64,000 bases of DNA from Minisyncoccia bacterium (GTDB lineage Bacteria > Patescibacteriota > Minisyncoccia > Phycocordibacterales > UBA918), in assembly GCA_041738755.1 (NCBI GenBank), contig JBGSPE010000011.1:70658-134657 (forward strand), written 5' to 3'. Shown piece after piece: positions 1 to 8,138 of the stretch. Within the stretch, counting starts at the first letter, position 1. Every line of letters starts with the position of its first letter. Both the position numbers and the translations under genes were made by a program. Below the pieces are notes generated by a model that saw only the letters and a program-made list of their open reading frames with translations, had not been told where the DNA came from and ran no database searches.

Positions 1-183
1 TGGAGCAAAGAAAAAAGCAATGAGTCGAGATGCACTGCGGTAAAACGACGTATTACCTATATCCGAAACAGTACCAGAAAAATAGGTCCAATAGCCTATA
101 GCCAGAAAAAAGAAAAAAATACTTCCCACAACCATCAGCACGGGTGAGTTTTTAATGAGATACATTTCTCTGTGATATTTCAT
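1..183 (-). CDS. Partial hypothetical membrane protein (runs off the window edge)
   Basis: Open frame from ATG at 183 to the window start with a hydrophobic segment (VLMVVGSIFFFFLAIGYW); not in the ORF track. Confidence 0.55.
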   Translation of the reverse strand, partial: MKYHREMYLIKNSPVLMVVGSIFFFFLAIGYWTYFSGTVSDIGNTSFYRSASRLIAFFFAP

Positions 184-322
184 AAAACTCTTTGCTAAAT
201 AACTTATTAATTACGATATCTACTAGTATAACAACGCCATGAAGAACACACCATCAAAGTAGAAAACTTGAATCAGGCATTTACTTTGACTGACTGCTCG
301 CCCACCATGCTATAGTGCACCT

Positions 323-958
323 ATGTATATCTACTATGTTGGACTAGGGTTTATTGTGCTTCTGATACTTTGGTCAGTGGGCAGCTACTTGGTAATCTCA
401 ACCATCGAAAAGCCAGTCTACAGCGTTATTGAAGAGCGAGATGGTTATGAGATTCGTGAATATGCGTCATACATTGTTGCGGAAACTACAGTGAGCGGCG
501 ATCGGCAAGAAGCAACCAGCCAAGGATTTCGAATCATTGCGGACTATATTTTTGGCAATAACGTACGTAAACAAAGTATTGCTATGACGTCACCGGTGCT
601 TGAAAGTGAAACATCAGAAAAAATTGCCATGACGTCACCGGTACTGAGTAGTGAAACCTCAGGAGAAGAGCGGACGATTGCCTTTGTTCTTCCGTCTAGC
701 TATACCCTTGAAAATTTACCGATACCTAATAACCCCCAAGTCTCCATACGCGAGGTGCCAGCCCATAAGGTCGCGGTTCTATCATTTACGTGGTATGCCA
801 CTACCGCCAGAATAGAAAAGAAAAAAGAACAGCTCCTTCAGTTGCTTGAGCGTGATCAAATACTCCCTACTGGTGAGATACAAGTGGCTCAGTATAATCC
901 ACCCCTTTCAATGCCACTCACACTTCGCAATGAAATTCTTGTTCCAATAGAATACTGA
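323..958 (+). CDS. SOUL heme-binding family protein
   Basis: N-terminal TM, YEIREY, GFRIIADYIFGNN, KIAMTSPV and QYNPP...RNEIL motifs; TATAGT 6 nt upstream of the ATG. Confidence 0.9.
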   Translation: MYIYYVGLGFIVLLILWSVGSYLVISTIEKPVYSVIEERDGYEIREYASYIVAETTVSGDRQEATSQGFRIIADYIFGNNVRKQSIAMTSPVLESETSEKIAMTSPVLSSETSGEERTIAFVLPSSYTLENLPIPNNPQVSIREVPAHKVAVLSFTWYATTARIEKKKEQLLQLLERDQILPTGEIQVAQYNPPLSMPLTLRNEILVPIEY

Positions 959-1053
959 TTCTAATGACAAGAAATAGTAACCTTACAGTGCAGTAAAAAC
1001 GACTCTACTGTGATGTAAGGTATAATACTTGTATATAAATAATTCACTACACT

Positions 1054-1902
1054 ATGAGTGATGAAATTCAAAAAACGCCTCAAGCTCTTCTAAAAGAAAA
1101 GTTACTTAATGGTTCAATTACTGAAAAAGATTTTCTGCTTGAAGTTTTGACTCTAGACCAAGAAACGGATGTAGCACTTGGCACACGACCTCACGCCAAA
1201 GCAAACGCTGACCTACTAAAAGATACAAAAGTACGAACACTCTTAAACCAACAAAAAGAGTTGAAGGATTTTTGGGAAGAATTAGAGAAGATGGTTTCTG
1301 CGCACGTACCATTTGAAGCCTGCGATCCTCGTGAAATTGGGCACCAAATGAGTTCTCTGTACTCAGACCTTGAAACAGTGCCAAAAGAGGTTGTAGATGA
1401 GTTCTACCGAAAACGAAACCTCAGCTACAGCATCAGCATCGATGCTCCAATTGAAACAGTTTTCAAAACAATTACTGATAAATCTATGTACCCAAAGTGG
1501 ACTAAGGCTTGGGGTGAAGGTATGACCTTTGAAGGTGAATGGAAACAAGGTGAACACATCTCTTTTATTGATAATTCGGGAGAAGGAACCAAAGCTCGAC
1601 TTGATGAAGTTCGAACCCACTTCGAAAAAGATCCTACTGATAACGGAGGATACGCACATATTCCATCTGCGTATGTAACGATGATTTATATTGCCAAACT
1701 GAAGGATGGCACAGAAGTCGAGAAGTTGGATGAACCATCGAGAAGATGGGTTGGTACGAGAGAGGAATACCGCATAACAGAGAATGAGGAAGGCGTTACT
1801 AAACTTTGGGTATATATATCAACTGACGAATCATTCGAGCAAAAAATGAATGATAGTTGGCCTACGTCTCTCCAGAATCTTAAAGAAATTTGCGAACAGT
1901 AG
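1054..1902 (+). CDS. SRPBCC domain-containing protein with N-terminal extension
   Basis: C-terminal half has ISIDAPIETVF...YPKWT...FEGEWKQG...SWPTSLQNLKEICE. Confidence 0.75.
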   Translation: MSDEIQKTPQALLKEKLLNGSITEKDFLLEVLTLDQETDVALGTRPHAKANADLLKDTKVRTLLNQQKELKDFWEELEKMVSAHVPFEACDPREIGHQMSSLYSDLETVPKEVVDEFYRKRNLSYSISIDAPIETVFKTITDKSMYPKWTKAWGEGMTFEGEWKQGEHISFIDNSGEGTKARLDEVRTHFEKDPTDNGGYAHIPSAYVTMIYIAKLKDGTEVEKLDEPSRRWVGTREEYRITENEEGVTKLWVYISTDESFEQKMNDSWPTSLQNLKEICEQ

Positions 1903-1961
1903 AACGCTTTGGTTCAGAGACACCATTCTATACATACAAGGAACAGTGCTTGCATATTAAC

Positions 1962-2006
1962 AAAAGAAAACGGCCCCCACGCAAATGCATGGGGGTCGCT
2001 GGTTTT
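1962..2006. terminator. Intrinsic terminator between convergent genes
   Basis: cggcccccac/atgggggtcg hairpin with A-run on the left and T-run on the right. Confidence 0.7.
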
Positions 2007-2021
2007 GAACGAACGGAAGGA

Positions 2022-2159
2022 TCAGCCGAGCGCCACTTGCCGTTCGTAGTCATCGTCGACGGCAGGACTGCCGGTCACGTCGCTCGGAGCAAAATTGGTC
2101 ACATCGACCAGTGTCGCACCACCTTCGGTGAGAGCTGTCATTGCATCAATGAGGCGCAT
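2022..2159 (-). CDS. 45-aa acidic peptide ending in Gly (MRLIDAMTALTEGGATLVDVTNFAPSDVTGSPAVDDDYERQVALG)
   Basis: AAGGAG SD 7 nt before the ATG at 2159; follows the ThiF gene; terminator just downstream. Confidence 0.65.
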   Translation of the reverse strand: MRLIDAMTALTEGGATLVDVTNFAPSDVTGSPAVDDDYERQVALG

Positions 2160-2217
2160 ACTCTGTCTCCTTGGGGCGGGATGCCCTTTCTCAATGTAAC
2201 GAAGGGCTACCCTTCCG

Positions 2218-2922
2218 TCAAGTTGAAGGCCAGTATTCTTGGGTACAAGTAAGTGTCCGTAGGTCAAAGTATACTCGATTAGCAATATCGTCAGTGTCGC
2301 CAACTCTCGCAAACTGCTCAAATTGCTTCAATGCTAAAGCTGTGGTTGCGTAAATGGCAGAAATAATTGACTGCGGTTCTGAACACCCACCAATATGATC
2401 AGCTTCCTTATCTGAATGCCAATATAACCACCAACAATCGCTCTGCTTTATATTGTGCGGATTGAAACAGTGTGAAATCGCAGTTTCAGCATCCATCCGG
2501 GTTTCAATGACACAGATGACTTCTTTATTTTCTTCTACTACCCTTTCCATAATGGCTCTTCGAGCCTGCATAGAATCAACACAGATACACACAACTCCAG
2601 ATAAGGGGATATGCTCAGACACTTCTTCTAAGTAGCAACGCACGTCACAACTTATATCAAGAGATCGCACATTCCGCCCAATTTCAACTGCTTTATTTCC
2701 TCCGATGTTCCCTATATCAATCCATTGGTTAGCTATGTTATGACATTCGAAAACATCAAAGTCATAGAGATGGATTGGGCTTTGCTGACGAACACCAACG
2801 CCCATTCTTGTCAGACCTTCAGCCATTCGACTCCCCATACCCCCACAGCCAATGATGTGGACGGGGTGATGGAATGTCTCGGGATTAAAAATTGCCTTGT
2901 GTCGGACTGAATCAATCATCAC
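2218..2922 (-). CDS. ThiF/E1-like adenylyltransferase
   Basis: IIGCGGMGS nucleotide-binding motif, DFDVFECHNIANQ, CVDSMQAR and candidate catalytic Cys in GGC. Confidence 0.88.
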   Translation of the reverse strand: MMIDSVRHKAIFNPETFHHPVHIIGCGGMGSRMAEGLTRMGVGVRQQSPIHLYDFDVFECHNIANQWIDIGNIGGNKAVEIGRNVRSLDISCDVRCYLEEVSEHIPLSGVVCICVDSMQARRAIMERVVEENKEVICVIETRMDAETAISHCFNPHNIKQSDCWWLYWHSDKEADHIGGCSEPQSIISAIYATTALALKQFEQFARVGDTDDIANRVYFDLRTLTCTQEYWPST

Positions 2923-3463
2923 TTATCTCCTTAAGCAAGAGTGGCCAATCCTCAACATCATGATAAGGAGTTCCTGTATCATAGGTTTGAAGAGCTTTCC
3001 ATAGATGAGAAAAAGCTTTATTAATGTACCCTTTGCGTAATGACTGATAAATGACAAACTGTCCGCTAGAAATACAAAGCGGGGCTGTGGGTACCTGAAT
3101 ATCCTCATGTTTTTTATCAATAGCATGAGGATGCATAATAATTGACCTCAGTTTGCTGTGCTCATCATACACATCAATTGAATTTGTGACGTTTATAAGG
3201 CGAAAATCAATTTCCCATATCCTTCCTACCCGCTTCCGAATAAAAAAAATAACAAATTCTCCGATTTCGTAGCTGATTCCGTCCCATGTAATGACCAGCT
3301 CTGATGTTCCTACCATCAAGATATGTGGCTTATGAAACCCTACATATTGAATATTTGGGTTACGCTGCAACTCATTATATTCTGCCACTATGTCATCTGT
3401 ACTATGGAGCGGACTGCCACAAAATTCGATGTATTGTTCCAATACTGTTAATTCTGCCGGCAT
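2912..3463 (-). CDS. Putative prokaryotic E2 (UBC-fold)-like protein
   Basis: HPH motif followed by LCI (candidate catalytic Cys) and C-terminal PY...W; overlaps the ThiF start. Confidence 0.55.
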   Translation of the reverse strand: MPAELTVLEQYIEFCGSPLHSTDDIVAEYNELQRNPNIQYVGFHKPHILMVGTSELVITWDGISYEIGEFVIFFIRKRVGRIWEIDFRLINVTNSIDVYDEHSKLRSIIMHPHAIDKKHEDIQVPTAPLCISSGQFVIYQSLRKGYINKAFSHLWKALQTYDTGTPYHDVEDWPLLLKEISDD

Positions 3464-3594
3464 GACATATTCCTTTCAATGTACAAAGGTGCTATTCAAA
3501 CGAACAATACCTGAACAACAAGACGGAAGCAAGGTACTTATTTTTTATAATCAGACTAACCTTCAAAATACATTGTAAAAAAGCTAGTTCTTGA

Positions 3595-4287
3595 TTAGTC
3601 AGAACTATTGGTAAAAATAGTAAGCTCTGGTAATTCTTTAAAGATACTAAATGGGGCGGCTGGAGAAAATGTATTCATAGTACGTAACTCTTGAATCAAG
3701 TGAACCTTATCATTCCCTGTCGCATACACGATAACAGCATTCAACTGGCTTCGTAAAAACGTGTAGGTAACAGTGACTCTGTCCGGATACGGGTTAATAA
3801 TTAGAGGAACAGAATATCCGACCACCCAGGCCTCGCCACTAAAATCAACTCCCCACTCGCCTGGGAAAATCCCGGCCGTATGGCCATCTACACCAATTCC
3901 CATCGTAGCTACAACTACCCCGTTGGTATGTTGTGCTTTCCAGGCTCGCAGGGATGACTCAAATCTTTCACTGAACCCGAACAAACTTTCACCCGCCAAC
4001 ACTTTGGTATCAATTAGATGTACGCTTCGCTCAAGAGACTTGGTATAAAAACTTGTGGCTTCTAATTGAGCAAAATTGTTGATTGTTGGGTCAGTCGAAT
4101 ACCGTTCATCAAGGACAGTAAGGGTTAGGTGTGGACCAAGCACAGACGGATCAACTCCCTCGAACAAACCAAAAGCCGAGCCGCCTGACACCAAAAGAAG
4201 TATCGGTTTATCAGCATTGGCGCGGAGTGTTTCAGTGAGTGCTTTGGCCGCTTCGTTGTCTGGGTGCTCTGCCACTACAATCTTCAT
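3595..4287 (-). CDS. pgl: 6-phosphogluconolactonase
   Basis: LVSGGS, DERY, MGIGVDGHTAGIFP and RVTVT motifs; in operon with zwf and gnd. Confidence 0.85.
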   Translation of the reverse strand: MKIVVAEHPDNEAAKALTETLRANADKPILLLVSGGSAFGLFEGVDPSVLGPHLTLTVLDERYSTDPTINNFAQLEATSFYTKSLERSVHLIDTKVLAGESLFGFSERFESSLRAWKAQHTNGVVVATMGIGVDGHTAGIFPGEWGVDFSGEAWVVGYSVPLIINPYPDRVTVTYTFLRSQLNAVIVYATGNDKVHLIQELRTMNTFSPAAPFSIFKELPELTIFTNSSD

Positions 4288-4288
4288 A

Positions 4289-5188
4289 CTATTCGGGATT
4301 GATTACCTTGTGTCCACCAAACTGATTCCGCATCGCTGCTACTAATTTGCCTAAGTACGATGGTTGCGCGCGAGTTTGCTTCCGTTGAGCTAGGGCTGCC
4401 TCAAGCACCTTCACGTCGCCCAAGGTGGTAATGTGTTCCATTTCAAATTCAGTCTCTCCGTGCGGGACTTCGCCTTTAATCATATCAATCTGACCTTGTT
4501 CATACGCTTCACGCAACCACGAAACAAGCTTACTCGATATAATGCTTTCATGTTCGTAGGGGCGTAATACGGCTGACAGGTCAATGCCAAACATATCACT
4601 CTGTTCATGAAGAACTGTCATGCCTTCGGCAATCGCTCCCATCATGCCGTACTCAATACCGTTATGAACCATCTTCACAAAGTGTCCGGCTCCTTCTCTC
4701 CCCACCAGGGCATAGCCATCCTTGGCGGCAAGCGCCGCGAAGATATGTTCATGTATAGCAAACACCTCAGGATTTCCTCCGACCATAATCGACGCACCAT
4801 TGCGAGCGCCTTGCATACCACCTGACGTCCCACAATCAAGAAAGTGAATGTCCTTTTCTTTTAAAGCTCCGTGCCGACGAATAGAATCTTGATAAAAACT
4901 ATTTCCGCCATCAATTACGGTATCTCCGCTTGAGAGTTGTGGGACGAGTTCATCGAGCACAGCATCTACCACTCCACTTGGTACCATAAGCCAAATTACT
5001 CTTGGGCCCACAAGGGCTTGTACGAGCTGTGCCTGAGAATCAACTACTTCAATACCAGCTTTTTCTGCTTCGGCTCGCGGATCTTCGGTCTGGTTGTAGC
5101 CCACGACGCGATACCCTTTTTCAACCAACAACGTTGTCATGTTCAAACCCATCCGGCCCAAACCAATGAAACCAATTTCTTTTTGCAT
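4289..5188 (-). CDS. gnd: Decarboxylating 6-phosphogluconate dehydrogenase (short type)
   Basis: GLGRMG, IDGGNS, DCGTSGG, GAGHFVKMVHNGIEY and MRNQFGGH. Confidence 0.95.
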   Translation of the reverse strand: MQKEIGFIGLGRMGLNMTTLLVEKGYRVVGYNQTEDPRAEAEKAGIEVVDSQAQLVQALVGPRVIWLMVPSGVVDAVLDELVPQLSSGDTVIDGGNSFYQDSIRRHGALKEKDIHFLDCGTSGGMQGARNGASIMVGGNPEVFAIHEHIFAALAAKDGYALVGREGAGHFVKMVHNGIEYGMMGAIAEGMTVLHEQSDMFGIDLSAVLRPYEHESIISSKLVSWLREAYEQGQIDMIKGEVPHGETEFEMEHITTLGDVKVLEAALAQRKQTRAQPSYLGKLVAAMRNQFGGHKVINPE

Positions 5189-5200
5189 ATAGAGATATTA

Positions 5201-6625
5201 TTATGTATTAATCGATGGGTAACTACCTTTTGGATACTCATGAAGGGGTAGTTGTTTGAATGACTCAAGAATTGGGGTAATAAAATTCCACGCTGCCACC
5301 ACCTCTGCCCCGCTCACAAACCTAGTCTGATCGCCAACAATACAATCATATAAAACGCGCTCGTATGCCTCCGGCGACCGAAACTCCTCACCATGACACG
5401 TCGCCAAAACCAGTTCACGTTCATATAACTTGAAACCAAACCCAGGTTCTTTAATCCACATGGTAAGCATAATACTTTGTTCCGGTGAAAACGTTATTCG
5501 TAGTACATTTCGATGGGTGTGTACTTCCTCATCATTCTCAGCCGTACACCGACACGTATCTACTGGCTTAAAGGTGATCACCGCCTCAGCCCCAGAAGCA
5601 GCCAAGGCCTTCCCTGACTCAAGCGTAATCTGAACATCGTTCCAAAGTTCGTTCTCAATGTGCGTGGTTAATTTAAAGTACGTTTCTGTCTCACTCTCTG
5701 AATCGACTCCTGTTGTGTCTCGGTATCCTTCGTACTGAGCTCGGTAGGTCATATCAGTCTCTCTTCTGACCAATGATTGAACAGCGTTTAGTCGGGCAGC
5801 TCGCATCGCCTCTGCATCATGGATATCAGCTGCCTGCATCGTGAGGAGCGCTAATATCTGTAGCATGTGGTTTTGACCGACGTCCCGCAAGGCTCCAATA
5901 CCATCATAAAATGAACCCCGAGTAGCTACATCCTGCTGTTCAAACAGCTTCACTGAAATTGATTCAATGCGATTGCCGTCCCAAGAATCTGCCAAAATAC
6001 TATTAGCAAATCGAAGCGAAATAATATTTTCAATCGCTTCCTTAGCCAGATAATGATCTATGCGATAAATCTGATTTTCAGCAAACAAGTCACACAATTG
6101 TTTTTCAAGCTGCACCGCTGTGGTGAGGTCACTGCCAAACGGTTTTTCAACCAGGAGCCTTGACCATGAACCCACTCCGTCACACAGTGCCATCGCGTCA
6201 CTTTGTTTTAACTTGTCAAAAATTTCACCATAGAGATTGGGAGGAACGGCCAAGTAAAAGAGCTTACTCGTACACTGAGCAATTGAAGTATCAAAGGCGA
6301 GCAACTCCTGTTTGATGGCTTCATACGCAGCAGTGTCATTGAAGCAGCCGGCGATAAACCGGAAGTGTGAGCAAAATTGAGTGAGAAGCGATTGATCACT
6401 GGTGGGAATTTTTGAAAGAATACTTTCCCGAACAAATGCCTGATACGCTTCGTGTGATAACTCTTTCCGAGCAAGCCCGATAATGACAAATCGTTCTGGA
6501 AGGAGCTTCTGTGTATACAAATGAAATAACGATGGCAACAATTTTGTTTCTGCCAGATTGCCCGTTCCACCAAAAATAACAAAGGCTGTTGGATACATAG
6601 TTTTTGCTGTAGGTGGTTGTGACAT
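5201..6625 (-). CDS. zwf: Glucose-6-phosphate dehydrogenase
   Basis: IFGGTGNLA, EKPFG, YRIDHYLAKE and RDVGQNH. Confidence 0.95.
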   Translation of the reverse strand: MSQPPTAKTMYPTAFVIFGGTGNLAETKLLPSLFHLYTQKLLPERFVIIGLARKELSHEAYQAFVRESILSKIPTSDQSLLTQFCSHFRFIAGCFNDTAAYEAIKQELLAFDTSIAQCTSKLFYLAVPPNLYGEIFDKLKQSDAMALCDGVGSWSRLLVEKPFGSDLTTAVQLEKQLCDLFAENQIYRIDHYLAKEAIENIISLRFANSILADSWDGNRIESISVKLFEQQDVATRGSFYDGIGALRDVGQNHMLQILALLTMQAADIHDAEAMRAARLNAVQSLVRRETDMTYRAQYEGYRDTTGVDSESETETYFKLTTHIENELWNDVQITLESGKALAASGAEAVITFKPVDTCRCTAENDEEVHTHRNVLRITFSPEQSIMLTMWIKEPGFGFKLYERELVLATCHGEEFRSPEAYERVLYDCIVGDQTRFVSGAEVVAAWNFITPILESFKQLPLHEYPKGSYPSINT

Positions 6626-6834
6626 GACGGATTACTAATTTTTAATGGCAAACTTTGGCTGCAGGAAGGTCTCTTCTGTCAGCTGTTCTAATAACAAGTA
6701 TTTCAGTATGACAGACAAAGGTAGAGAAACATACTTCCCCTAGTATAAACGAACCCACCCCCGTTAGTAAAGTTGACTTTACAATGAATAGCAGTTGTGT
6801 TACCGTAACAATAAAGCAATTGTACCCAAACCAC

Positions 6835-7347
6835 ATGTTACCTAAAGAACAATTCAAAACCCCTCATAAAAAAATTATCATCGTCGTTGGGTCTCTTTGT
6901 TTCGTTCTCTTTGGATACATTGCCTATGCAATCTATGACAAAACCATAGATTGTGACGATAGTCTTTGTCAGATTGACGAAGCTGAGCTCGCACTGCTAG
7001 CCAGTGATGTGGTAACTCTGCCAGAAATTGAGGGGCCCCGAGGTTCATTTGAAGCCTACAGTCCACTGAGGCTCAGTGAGATTACAAGTGGAAAGATACT
7101 CATTTTCTTTCATGCCAGTTGGTGTCCATCGTGTCGAGCACTCAGTGCTGATATTGAACGTAATGCTGGAGCGATTCCAGCAGACGTAACTATTCTAAAG
7201 GCGGATTTCGACACTGAGACCGCACTTAAGGAGCAGTATGGTGTCACATCCCAACACACCGTAGTACAAATTGACGTAAACAATAATATAATTAAAAAAT
7301 GGAGTGGCGGTTCACGCTTAGAAGCTGTACTCTTAGAAATACAATAA
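6835..7347 (+). CDS. Membrane-anchored thioredoxin family protein
   Basis: N-terminal TM and FHASWCPSCR; start moved to ATG 6835. Confidence 0.85.
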   Translation: MLPKEQFKTPHKKIIIVVGSLCFVLFGYIAYAIYDKTIDCDDSLCQIDEAELALLASDVVTLPEIEGPRGSFEAYSPLRLSEITSGKILIFFHASWCPSCRALSADIERNAGAIPADVTILKADFDTETALKEQYGVTSQHTVVQIDVNNNIIKKWSGGSRLEAVLLEIQ

Positions 7348-7351
7348 TACT

Positions 7352-8095
7352 ATGATTTTCTTTCTCATCTCAGTCCTTGCTGGCGTTCTAACCGTGCTCG
7401 CACCCTGCATTTTACCACTCCTCCCTATCGTTATCGGCTCCTCTGAAACCGGAAGCCGTAGCATTTCAAAACGCTCACTCGTGGTAATTGGTTCACTATC
7501 AATTTCAGTTATTGCCTTTACCTTACTGCTTAAGGCTTCGACCTTACTCATTGCTATCCCGCAAACATTCTGGAGCACCTTCTCAGGTGTTGTCATTATC
7601 CTGGTTGGTCTAGCAATTATTTTTCCATCATTGTGGGCTCGCATCCCCTACATGCAAAAGCTGAGCACCTTGGGTAACAAAGCTGTTGGTGCCGGCTACC
7701 AAAAGAAGAATTATTCTGGTGACGCCTTGATCGGGCTTGCGCTTGGACCAGTCTTTACGACCTGTTCTCCAACCTATCTCTTTATTATTGCCACCATTCT
7801 CCCGGCTGGATTTGCCATTGGTTTTATCTATCTTCTTGGATTCACGTTGGGTCTAGCTATCTCACTGCTTTTGATTGCCTACTTTGGTGGTCAATTGGTT
7901 AATAAGATTGTTGCTAACATGGGTGCGGCCAATCGCGTTAAGCAGATATTTGGTGCCCTTATCCTTATTGTCGGAATTGGAATCCTCACTGGATACGATA
8001 AAAAACTTGAAACGTTTATCCTTGATTCAGGCTATGGTGCTACCATTAACTTTGAAGAATCATTAATTGAACGATTTGCCCCTACCGCCGAATAA
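7352..8095 (+). CDS. CcdA/DsbD-type transmembrane electron transporter
   Basis: LAPCILPLLP and GPVFTTCSPT; about six TM helices. Confidence 0.9.
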   Translation: MIFFLISVLAGVLTVLAPCILPLLPIVIGSSETGSRSISKRSLVVIGSLSISVIAFTLLLKASTLLIAIPQTFWSTFSGVVIILVGLAIIFPSLWARIPYMQKLSTLGNKAVGAGYQKKNYSGDALIGLALGPVFTTCSPTYLFIIATILPAGFAIGFIYLLGFTLGLAISLLLIAYFGGQLVNKIVANMGAANRVKQIFGALILIVGIGILTGYDKKLETFILDSGYGATINFEESLIERFAPTAE

Positions 8096-8138
8096 CCAAG
8101 ACTGACGACGTTATAAATCTCTAAAGTAGTACGTACAT

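Noticed and set aside
578-646. Tandem IAMTSPVL duplication in the SOUL protein
   Set aside because: Repetition of this motif is a familiar feature of SOUL family proteins
2218-2922. Ordinary thiamine or molybdopterin ThiF/MoeB
   Set aside because: It lacks the zinc CxxC pairs and has no thiS/moaD or pathway genes nearby; not fully excluded without the rest of the genome
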